Source of the DNA: Vicugna vicugna
Lineage: Eukaryota
NCBI GenBank assembly: GCA_013265495.1
Contig: MU057989.1
Span: 1,565,513-1,629,512 of the forward strand
Length of the DNA stretch: 64,000 nt
Reading direction: 5' to 3'
Shown here: positions 1-10,453 of the stretch, one piece after another
How positions within the stretch are numbered: the first letter of the stretch is position 1
Layout of the letters: each line of letters opens with the position of its first letter
Notes under the pieces: generated by a model
What the model saw: only the letters and a program-made list of their open reading frames with translations
Told to the model about the DNA's origin: nothing
Database searches by the model: none
Made by a program: the position numbers and the translations under genes

Positions 1-184
1 GTGTGTGGCCACAGATGCAAAAAGACAGCAGTGTGTGGCCACCTGCAGGATTTGCCAAGTATCTAATTAGGAGGAATTACTCTAACCCAAGCAGAAGAAA
101 TTTGTAAGAGACTTCCCACTCCCCAAATGTGACTAGAAGAAGTTGGAGCATGCTCTAGAGTGGTGGAAGTGCCCCTTATCTGCC

Positions 185-342
185 CTGTCCTTGTCCAGCA
201 CAGTAGCCATTAAGCATGTGTGATGACTGAGCCCTTAGAATGTAGTCAGTTCAATATACAAATTATATTTTTAATTGTATTTAATTTTAATTTAAAAAGC
301 CATACATGGCTGGTAGCTACTGTATTGCATGACACAGCTCTG
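185..342. mobile_element. MER3-like hAT DNA transposon fragment
   Basis: tgtccagcacagtagccatt...tggctggtagctactgtatt resembles recalled MER3 consensus; similar copies near 32445-32770, 56655-56830 and 62520-62690. Confidence 0.55.
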
Positions 343-759
343 GAGAGACTGGGAAACATCTGGGGACTCTAACCAGGGCACCCACTAGCCCCTGGTCTTT
401 CTTCCCACTGATCCTCCCTCCGTGGGGATCTCTTCAACTCCCAAGGCCTGCCTTGGAAGGTGTCCAGTCTCCCATCAAATCTTATGGCTGGCTGTGTTGG
501 GATCGTGTCAATGAACCAATACACAGAGCTCAGAAAGGGCTAGTGAGGCTACAGTAATTAATCAACAGATGGACACCCACTGGCCAAGGTTGAAAACACT
601 CTGCAGTTGCCTTGTTCAATCTGCAGTGCCTGGGCAGCCCCAGATCCATCCAATAACCAAGGCTGGCCATGACTCCAGAACCCAAGGAATATACAAATGC
701 GGACCTCAGCAGCAGGGCCCCATTTCCTCACCTCAGGGCCAAAATGCCCCCCACCTCAC

Positions 760-1161
760 CCGCTGCCTTTGTTTCCTGGGCTCCCGCTGCAGCCCTTCCA
801 CGAGGACCACGGCCTCCTCACCGCTCTCTGGCTGCTGCTCCCGCACCCGGGCCTGGATCTCCCCTGGCAGCACCGTCAGGAACTGCTCCAGCACCAGCAG
901 CTCCAGGATCTGCTCCTTGGTGCGCAGCTCAGGCCGCAGCCAACGGCAGCAGAGCTCCCAGAGGCGGCTCAGGGCCTCCCGAGGTCCCGCCACCTCCTGG
1001 TAGCAGAAAAGCCGGAAAAGCTGGCGGAAGGTCTCGGGGCTAGGGTCTTCTGTCTCCAGGGAGGGCTCCTCTTCCCAGCAGTAGTCCTCCTCCACCTTCA
1101 CAATCAGGATCTCATCCTGCTCCAGGGGTGGCGGGTGCTGGAGGCCGGGAGAGGTCGCCAT
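760..1161 (-). CDS. ZNF500: Zinc finger protein 500, first coding exon (SCAN domain); downstream exons lie left of the window
   Basis: ATG at 1161 gives [26 protein letters not shown]...[58 protein letters not shown] (SCAN domain, matches recalled human ZNF500). Donor CGG|GTGAGG at 760/759 after 134 codons; acceptor CAG| at 1258/1257; position next to SEPTIN12 matches human synteny. Confidence 0.9.
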
Positions 1162-1911
1162 TGCTCCTGCTGGGCCTTGCTCCTTCTCTGGCCTGGGAAT
1201 TAAACCTGTCTCTCCCTATACCTCTGGCCAGACACTGGGAGAGATGTTTCCAGGGCTCTGTGGAGAGACAACAAATTCATCTGGGGTGAAGCAATGGGGC
1301 TGGATAAGCATCTATACCCACAAGCCCCTGCCCTGGCCCCAAGGCCAACTTGCCCTCGTTGGCAAAAGGAAAGGATTAAAGTGGGTCAACCTTGCTACTA
1401 ACTCCTTAATTCTCAGGAAAGGTAATCAATCTCTCCGGCTCTCAGTTTCTTATCTGAAAAGAAGAGATGGTAACACCACCTACACATAGGCTGCTGAAAG
1501 GACTAAATGGGATTTTCGGAAAGAGCTTGTTTAGCACAGTGCCTGGAACACGGTCAGAGTTGGAGAAATGCTGAGTTTTCAATAACAAACATTTTTGGAC
1601 AAGGTCCCTGTGGAAATATGGTGAGAACAAGGGCCCCTTTTGCCCAGAAGGACGCAGATTCTGTCCCAGTCTGACCCCTGATTGTAGGCTCGGCGAGCCT
1701 GAAGCCCCTCCGAACCCCACTGAATGGTCAATAAAGATCCTCCAACTCCAAGGTCTTGGGAAGGTTAGGACTCCCTGGCCGGGCTGCTTTTCCGTCTGGT
1801 CTCTTCTCTGTGAAGAGTGAGCAGTGACCCAGGCCGAGCATAAACCGGGCTTTGGCGCGGGCAGCGGGATGTAAGCTCGAGCCGGGACCCCGCGCCCGCC
1901 CCCGCACTCAC

Positions 1912-2400
1912 CCGCAGCGCTGCGACCCTTGGGGGCTCAGGGCGCGCCCGAGGCGGCAGGCCAGGACGAGAGCGTAACAGCAGACGAGGTGGGCTTGGCG
2001 GGCCACAAACGAGGATCACAACCCGCAGAACAGAGACCCAGGACGGTCGCCGGGGCCACTGGCTGAACCGCCCTGAAGCTTGAGAACCAGGCCGCGTGGG
2101 CGTCCCAACGCAAGCATTGTGGGTAATGTAGTCCTCGCACCTTTGAGTCAGCTGCGGCGAATGGGAAGGCGCCTTGGAGGCGGGTCCACGGGAGGCCCTA
2201 TGGGTATCATAGTCCTCGTACGATTGGTTGAACTGACTGTCAGTCTTAAAAACGAGGTACGTAGCTGACCCACGAGATGCGTTGTGGGTAACGTAGTTCT
2301 CCCCCTTGCTGAGCTGCTGCCCGGGGTAGGTGGGTGCTGGGAAGCTTTGTAGGCGGCAATGGTACCCCGCACATTCAGTGAGCATGCGCGAGCGCTCAGC
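1912..2400 (-). promoter_or_regulatory. ZNF500: ZNF500 CpG-island promoter and non-coding exon 1
   Basis: CpG-rich segment; donor CGG|GTGAGT at 1912/1911; three ZNF143/SBS-like motifs (ACTACATTACCCACAATGC type on minus) at 2114-2132, 2195-2213 and 2279-2297. Confidence 0.7.
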
Positions 2401-2544
2401 GGGTCCCCAGCTTTTGGGACATATTCTCTACTTCCCTTCCATTCTCCCTCCCCAGCTTGAGAAAGTCCCGGTGGAGGGACCCTGAACTTTTTTACTTACA
2501 TAGTACTACGTATGTGCTTTGCAATTATTAAATCAGTTCATCTT

Positions 2545-2695
2545 TGAAACAACCCTAGGAGGGAGGTACTATTCTCTCCATTTTACAGATGAAGAAACTG
2601 AGGCACAGAAAGGTTCAATAACTTGCCCAAGGTCACTCACACCCAGTAAGTGCACAGCTAGGGTGCCATTGGAACCCAGGTGTCTTAGCCCAACT
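2545..2695. mobile_element. MIR SINE (representative; many more copies in window)
   Basis: Core ccattttacagatgaagaaactgaggcacaga...ttgcccaaggtcac. Similar cores near 4000, 4920, 23990, 25540, 26000, 29770, 30800, 32960, 33200, 35750, 37400, 42530, 43080, 44450 and 63290. Confidence 0.75.
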
Positions 2696-5600
2696 CCTTG
2701 ATTTTAGAGACTGGAAAATGAAGACCCACAAAGTTACTTTGCTTGGTGCAACTTGGTTATCGATTGCTTATTTCTTTCATGTGTTAACTTGATCAACAAA
2801 TATGTATTTATTAGGCTCTGCTTTGTGCCAAGCAGGCCCAGTGAAGAACAGGAGGTGAACTGGACAGTCGGTCCTTGGTGTCCCTGTGGAGCCTGGGGGA
2901 GGGAGCCGGGAGGGTCATAGTGAGGGTCGTGTGCTGGAGCTGAGTGGTGAGAGCTCCATAGACTTCATCACTGACATAACAGCCAGGCCATCCCTGAGCC
3001 CTTCAGCCCTGGCATCCCCAGGCTAGCGCTTTGCCCAACCCTCCCACTGTCTTCTTTCTTTTCTTCCAACGCTAGTCTCCATCCTCTCTAACATTCCATT
3101 ATTTCCCCTGCATCCAATATCCAGGTTTTCTTGTGAGCACACAGGCAGAACAGGACACTGGGCTGCCTTCCACTGATATCTGGAGACCACCCCTTCCTAG
3201 TGGGAGGCATCTTTAAGGGCAGATGCCAGATTTCAGGATAGTCTTATGGTGGGGCTTGAGGGAAGGCAGGACCACATATGCCTCCTTTTCTCCTTACAAC
3301 ATGAGGCTGCTGGGCAGGGAAGCTGGGATCTTAGAGGGAACCAAGACTAAGTGTGGAGCTGTTCAGAGCACCGGCGCTCAAGCCCAGCACGAAAGGCCTG
3401 CCATTCCACTGGCTTCAGGGGGAGGATGTGGAAAGGGCTAATTTGAACACATCACAGGTGGATATGTGGCAGGGGAGGAAGAGAGCATAGACCAAAGTGG
3501 CAGAGGAAAAAGGAGGAAAACAGAGAGGGCAATGGAGAATCTGAGGGAGAATCAGCAGGCTCTATAGAACTGAACAACAGTCTGGTTGCAGGACACCCTG
3601 GGCTCCATCTGGAGGAACAGACAGGTGCCAGGACACCAGCATTTTCAAAGCTGCCCCACATCTTCCTGTTTCTAACTGCCTCTTGGTTAGTCGTGGGGCC
3701 CTGGATTTCTGTCTCTTCATCTCTTTGGAGCCAGATGTACACAAGTTAGCAAGTCTGTGTAATGACCAAGGCCTGACTAATGTGGTTCTGGCCCTCTCCT
3801 CTCTGAGAAGTTTTTGTTGACTACAACCAACAGAGATTTAAAGGATAAATTTCTACTTTGCCCAGGATTTCTGTCTTAATTCTCTTTCAAGGGAGACACA
3901 AATATTGAGTCCATAACCAAAGTAAACCAGGATGAATTTGGGCCTACACTGATGGACTCCCAAACCAGCGTTTTGAATCCTACCTCGGCCACTTATTCAC
4001 TGGATAAGCCTTACCTTTGCCTCATCTGTAAAATGGGGATTTTCATAGCTCCAATTTCTGAGAGCTGACAGGCAAGATTTGAGGAGACTGTGTTTGTAAA
4101 GGATGGATGACGATGTCCAGCACTTAATAGACGCTCCATGAACATCAGTTCGTGATTGGCAACCACACTGGGATGGAGTCTGCAGGCTTCAACCTGTGGA
4201 TCTTGGCTGCTCAGGGCCATGGAGTTCCTGTAAGAGGTCCACAAACCATTCAGGCCCCAAGCATCATTTACAGTTTGAATGAAAATTATGTATAATTATT
4301 ATAAGTATATCTATAATTATATATGGCTATTTATGTTTATATGTGTAGCTTGTTCTCATCGTGTTTATGTTGTTTACAACACAGTTTGAGTTAAAACGGC
4401 AGCCTCACACTCATGCAAGTTGGCAAACAACTGGGAGGCACGCATATATCCTCCTCTGAAGCCAGAGAGGATGATCATCTTCAGACTGATGGCTCGTAAG
4501 GTTCATAATCCACAACCACATACTGGGCATTGGTTCAGCTCAGGCTTGCTCTTATGACTTAATTATGGCTGGGAAAAGATGCTTTGTGATCAAGGACTTT
4601 GAAGGTTTGAGTCATGTTTGGTAGCAATTCCCCAAAGTCCAAATGACTGAGAACCAACAATTCAGTGCAAGTCAAATAGTTTAGCTAAATTATCTAGGAG
4701 AGGCATGAGAGAGCTACAGTTTTCAAAAACTGATATGTAATGGGTCGTTTTTTTTTTTTGGTTTTTTTTTTTTAACACTTTCTCTAAGTCCTCTCTGAGC
4801 TGATGATAAAGGCTCATGTTTTTAAAGCACTTCCTAAGTCCATGGATCTTGTGTTTTGACTGTGCTACTTAAATCCTCAGTGACTCTTGTATCATGGTGA
4901 CCTTCAATTTAGATGAGTAAACTGAGGCTCAGAGAGGTGCAGCGCCCTGCCCAAGGTCACACAGCTAGGAAAGTGGAAGAGCCGAGGCAAACTTGGGAAA
5001 GTCTGCTGAAGAGCCTGCTGTGCAGATCGCTGCTCTGACAGCGAACTTGAAGAGCAGCCAGGTAATTTAATCAGAACCCTGCCTAGGAGTAAATATCCTG
5101 TTTCTCAGAAGACTCCAGTTCTGTCCCAAGATTCTCTTTTGAGGTGACCAACTAGGGCCCCTGTGGTCTTCTGACACACCAGGCAGATCTTCTTGGCACA
5201 TAATAGACGCTCAGTAAATATTTGCCGAATGATTGAATAAATAAGTGGGTGGGATTTGTTCTTCAGACACTCACTAGAATTAAATGACACAGCACATTAA
5301 AATACTCTGCTTTAGGGCGAAACACAGGCGCACTCGGTGGACAATAGTTCTTTGTTATTATATCCATTAACAGAAAGGATGAGGGATAAGAGTGCTTGCA
5401 GGGCAATGCTGTGAAATCTCTCCTGGGAGTCTGGCTGTTTGGGGTCCATTATGACATTTTAGACAGATGAGAAGATACACCGATGAACAGGGAGGCAGGA
5501 GAGGTCAACCGTGCACACCTCAGTCCACTCAGCGTGGGAAACTATCTGTCTTTTCCCTGCAGCCAGTAAGTCAAGTGAGAAGCAGGTGGGTAAGAACAGG

Positions 5601-5814
5601 CGTGCAAAGCATGAGGATTCCTTTGAGGGAGAGCTGCTCCCAGAATGAAGGCATCACAGAGGAGGGCTGCGGTATGGAGGAGGAAGGGCCATCAGGCATG
5701 CTCGGAAATCCTCACCAGTGGGGATGACGTCTGCTAAGCTCTCCTGCTTGCAGTCGGCCCAGATGAGGCTCAGAATGGGGTGAAGTTGCACACACTTCTC
5801 CTGGGAAAAACACA

Positions 5815-6125
5815 GGGTCATAGTCTGCTCGGGCTACCACAGACTGGGGGCTTAACCAACAGACGTTTATTTCTCACAGTTCTGGAGGCAGGAAGTTCAA
5901 GACTAAGGTGCCAGCAGACTCGGGTGCTGGTGAAGACTCTCTTCCTGGCTTGTGGATGGTGCCTTCTCTGTGTCCTCACTTGGTGGAAAGAGCAAGCGAT
6001 GTCTCTATTCCTTTAACCTGAATTACCTCCTTAAACTCTGTCTCCAGATATAGTCATTCTGGGGGTTAGGGCTTCAGCAAATGAGTTTGCTATAGTGAGG
6101 GAGGCAATTCAGTCCATAGCACACA
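5815..6125 (-). mobile_element. MaLR (MLT1/MST-like) LTR
   Basis: tagtctgctcgggcta...acagacgtttatttctcacagttctggaggc...aagactaaggtgccagcag, typical reverse-strand MaLR LTR sequence. Confidence 0.65.
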
Positions 6126-6662
6126 GCCAGATCCACACACACCAGTCCCTGGAATGCAAAAGATTCTCCTCAGACCACCACCCACTCCAGACCTGGGGTC
6201 ACCTGCTCAAACACCCACAAGGGCCAGGGAGGGAAGGCAAGACTGAACTTTTGACACAGACACACTTGGCACACCAGACATTCGGGAATATTCTTGCTTT
6301 CCATAAAGACACGTGTGCGCTCCCATTTTTCTTCAAACATGTGTCCCTCTTGGTCTTTCTTCTGTGGCACCATGTGAGAGCCACATGAGTGTGGTGAACG
6401 TCTCTGGACAAGAAACACAGCAGCGCGGGCTTGATGGATGGAGCAGATGCAAAGCCTCAGTGTCGGGGCCAGAGGGAGTCGTGGGGGATGCAGGCCCTGG
6501 GCTGCCAGTCAGTCTGATTGCTCCCCAGAAGCCAGACTTCTGGGTGTTTAGGTGAAAACTCCCAATTTGGAATGTAGATTCAAAATGGGCTTAAATCCTC
6601 TGTGAGATCAATAAAACACACCAACCCATTCCTGGGCTCTGTCTGGTACAAACAAGGCTACA

Positions 6663-6970
6663 CAGGCAGACCTTGTTTATTGCACTTCACTTTATTGTGT
6701 TTTGCAGATATTGCATTTTTTTTACAAATTGAAGGTTTGTGACAACGCTGCGTTGTTAGACGATGGTTAGCATTTTTTAGCAATATTTTAAAATTAAGGT
6801 ATGTACTTTTTAGACATTATGCTATTGAACACTTTATGACAGACTACAGTATAATGTAAGCATAACTTTTATATGCACTGGGAAACCAAAAATTCGTGTG
6901 ACTCGCTTTATGATATTCTGTTTGTTGCAGTGGTCTAAAACAGACCTGCAACATCTCCAAAGTATGCCTG
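6663..6970 (+). mobile_element. Tigger1 internal-deletion derivative (TcMar DNA transposon)
   Basis: Terminal inverted repeats caggcagacc ... gtatgcctg followed by TA; both Tigger1 ends present (tacaaattgaaggtttgtgacaac; gcactgggaaaccaaaaattcgtgtgactcgc). Confidence 0.75.
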
Positions 6971-7374
6971 TATACACAAAGAATGACACAGGTGGTGATA
7001 GTGCTATGAAGAAAAATACACCGGGGGAGGAGAAAGAGCGACACAGTTGCTCTTTCAGGTAGAGAATATTTAGAAAAAAGGACCATTCATTCACCTGGCC
7101 TCCACCTAAGGGAAGCCAGCATCTCCTTGGCTTCAATACTTTCTCCAAAGGCTTTCTTAGAAAGGACAGAAGACCAGAATTTAGAGAACTAGTCAGAGGC
7201 AAAATGTCCATCTTCCCCCCAAAAAATCTGCTGTGGGCTGAAGCCAACCAAACAGAGGAGAGCCAGCCTGTGAGAGAGACAGAGACAGACAGACAGATGG
7301 ACAGAGTGAGAGAGGCATAGTGGAGGAATGGGCTTCTTGAAGCACTGCTAAAGAAAAAAATTATCCATGTCACT

Positions 7375-7760
7375 TGTTAGGAACCACTGTAGTGGGATTT
7401 TATAGTGGAGAGAGATCACATTCAACTCCAAACACAACAAGGAAAGGGAAGGGATTTATAGCCAAGGTGCAGGGCTGGCGAGGGGGCGCGTAGATGGAAA
7501 ATTAGTAAGAGGAAGCATCAGGGGTAAGACAAGATTCTTGCTGAAGGCAGGCCAGAGTGATCAGAAATCACCTGGGTGGGGGGTGCTGGAGGATGAGCAG
7601 CCCAATGAGGGGCAGAGGTGGGGTGGAGTTCTGACTCAGCAGGATTCTTGCTAAAAATGGACAACGCAGAGAGGAACGTGGAAGCCCGAAAGTCAGGGCC
7701 GACTTGAGAAGGCAGTTCAGAGGAGCCTGAGCAGTTTGGTCAGGAAGAGAATCTTTGCCA
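7375..7760 (-). mobile_element. Old ERV1-class solo LTR (MER34/MER39-like)
   Basis: Starts TGTTAG and ends tctttgcca; internal ggaaaattagtaagaggaagcatcagggg and ggattcttgctgaaggcaggcc blocks resemble recalled ERV1 LTRs; TSD not clear. Confidence 0.5.
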
Positions 7761-8269
7761 CCACTTCCTGGATAACCCAGCTCCCCACCCCTGACAGAGA
7801 AGACAGCTCTGGAGAAGCAGAAGTGCCCTTTGGGGTTCTCCTTTCCAAAGGGAGAAGTTGTTCACGGTAAGACTGCAAGAGACATGTCAAGTTCCTTTGC
7901 CTACCCTCTGCCTGGGAGACAAAGGCCTCCCAGGTCACGGCACAACCCTCCCTCAAAACCCCAATGACTTTCAACCCCAATTTCTCGTCCTGCCTGCTTC
8001 TTTCTGATTCAGTGATAATAATGGCCACCCATTCCTGAGCAGTAGGCAATATGCTTTTGCACTTCTTTTGCTCTTTATTTAGTAAGACCACGGGTACTGT
8101 ATCTCTACTTTATAGGTTAAAAAAAAATCTCTGAAGCTCTGAGAGTTTTTAAGTATTGAACCCAGGGAGGGTCCCATGGCTAGGAAGTGACAGCAATGGG
8201 ATTGAGATTCACATTGTTCATTCCAGAACTCCAGGTCTAAGTACCAGGCTGATCCACTCCAGCTGGTAG

Positions 8270-8699
8270 TGTGAAGGAAAAGCCGGGCTGGGCTAACAAG
8301 CTAAATCACAAATCTAAGTGTAACAAGTGTCGGATTACTGATCTGAGTTCTGCTGGGCTAACTCGTAAATCTAAGTTAATAAGTGTCGGTTTGCTGATTC
8401 CCTGTTCTTTTTTTTTGCTAGCCAGCTGGATTTTCAAAGAGACATATCTGGCCTTGAAATGTTGGTTTGCTGCCTCACTGCCTCTACTTTTGTGATAATG
8501 ATGTTGCTAAAGCTGTTCCATGCCTATTGGCCAAATACCCCAAGCTTGTGCTTAACCCTATAAAACCTCATGCGCACGTCTTGGAAGTGCTCAGAGCTTA
8601 GGAGCAGAAGCCCCTTTGAGTCAGCCGGTGTAATAAATCTGAGTACTCCAACCCTCTGAGTGGTGCTTGTTTCTTGGCTGGCCTGTCATTTCCGTAACA
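8270..8699 (+). mobile_element. ERV1-type solo LTR with 4-bp target-site duplication
   Basis: TGTGAAGG...CCGTAACA flanked by GTAG on both sides (8266-8269, 8700-8703); TATAAAA 8559-8565; AATAAA 8632-8637; internal U3 tandem duplication about 8290-8400. Confidence 0.85.
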
Positions 8700-8994
8700 G
8701 TAGTAACATTGCAGAGGTCCTAAAGCCTGACTCAGCCGACCACTTGATTCTCTCCTTGTGCTCTTTGTTGACATCGTTCTGTGGTGCACCCAGGACCCCG
8801 CTGCCGCTGCCAAGAGAGGCCAGGAAAGGGAGGCAGTCCAGGTTCAAGCCCACCTCTGCCTGTGTGGCTGCGACCTCGCGCTAGTCAACCGCCCCGCCGG
8901 ACTTTCCGGGAGAGCACACCGGGGAGAGCGCCCCAGCGCACACCTAAGGGGAGAAGCGGCGCTCCGCACACAGTGAGAGCGCAACCGAGGACGG

Positions 8995-9297
8995 TGTCAG
9001 CTGCGGGAGGCGGGAGAGGGATCCGAGGAGGTGGGCTGCCCCAACTGAAAGAATGCGCAAGGAGCCGACATGGAGCAAAACAGTGCTTTATTGCACCACA
9101 ATGGGTTGTGCGCGCCTCAGGTGTACACTGGTCCCTACATAATGCCTGCACATGCGTATTGTACATAGTTACCCCATGCTTACTCATGCTTATATAGTAT
9201 CAGCGCATGCGTGTATCTACTTCTTACACCACGCACATGCAAGTTGTTGTGAGCACTGAAGTGGGTCCCATGGCCTACTTACTCAGGACTGCTGACA
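8995..9297 (-). mobile_element. 3' LTR of the ERV-S-like provirus
   Basis: Perfect 7-bp terminal inverted repeat TGTCAGC...GCTGACA; preceded on minus by purine-rich TGGGTAGAA (PPT-like, 9298-9306); contains AATAAA; about 85% identical to the other LTR by hand alignment. Confidence 0.9.
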
Positions 9298-9306
9298 TTC
9301 TACCCA

Positions 9307-10453
9307 CTAGGTCATGGGGACCCCGGTCCACAGAGCAGAGCTCTGTGCCCAGAGACCACAACAACAATATAGGGAACAACATCCTATCACTAGACAGGCA
9401 ACTACGATGGCCAGGACAGCTAGACCCATCTCCAGGAGGAAGTTAGGGATGACCACAGTCGTTAAGGGGGCCTTGAGTTACACGGTCTATGTGATTTAGC
9501 TCCTGATCTATTTCTCGTAGCGCCTCAGCTACTTCCTTCTGATGATCTGGTATGTAAATACAGCATTCAGTATGTAACATAGCGCGTGTGCCGCCTTGGC
9601 TTGCCGTGAGAATGTCCAGCGCCATCCTGTTTTGTAATACCACCTTCCGCATTTGGGTGGTCTCATCTAATAATTCACCTACGGCCTTCCTAGTGATATT
9701 TACTGCAGCTGACAAGTGCTGATCTAGGGCCTCCACCTGCAACTCTACACTGATGGTTCCGGCACCAGGCAGGACTAGTCCCAGGGAATAAAGCCACCAA
9801 GCTGCATGCTTTTCACGGTGCCACCGGGTGTGAAACGGATACCAGTTCACGGGGTGCTCCGTTAAGGTGGGCCGGATGTGCCCGGGCAAGTAAGCTTTAC
9901 CCCAAGTACAGCACCCTGTCTACCTCGCCAGGAGGGAAGACCATCCTGGGTGCCACATGCCCACAGATACCCTGGCAGCAGGAAATTGGTGGATTTCGTG
10001 CCAATCAAACGCCGCCCATCCCACCGTGTGGAGGCATTTACATTGTGAGTGTTGTTGGCACACAGCCCTTTGGGGAGCCACACTACGGTGCGGTTTGGGG
10101 CCTCGAGTTCAAACCGCTGCTCGATACAGAAGGGGCTTACACTTGTTAATTTTATATGAACACTATTCATCCACCCCTACCCATTCCATACTGCCCTTCC
10201 AATTAGGGGGGGTCGTTGCCCCACTCATGAAAGAGCGTATCTTCAGTGGTCCACCGCTGCAAGTCTCAGGGCGATCCTGTTGTCCTGTTGGTATTCCATT
10301 AGGTCAATGCGCTCCAATTAGTTTTGGACACGGGGTGGAGGTGCCACGGCAGTCCATCCCCTGCGTCTATGGAAAGTTCAGTACAGACCCAACAATGAGA
10401 CGTGGACTCGCACAAATGTGTGCGCCCAGGAAAATATGGTATTCCTCGTCACC
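9307..10453 (-). pseudogene. env: Retroviral env pseudogene, gamma-type (SU-TM)
   Basis: N-terminal NTIFSWA, CWVC at 10383-10394, GYLWACG, furin-like REKH at 9806-9817, fusion peptide AAWWLYSLGLVLPGAG, ISD LQNRMALDILTASQGGT at 9587-9637, (R)X6CC to 9560, TM anchor AVLAIVVACLVIGCCSLYCCCGLW, stop at 9307-9309. Several internal stops and frameshifts. Confidence 0.88.
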
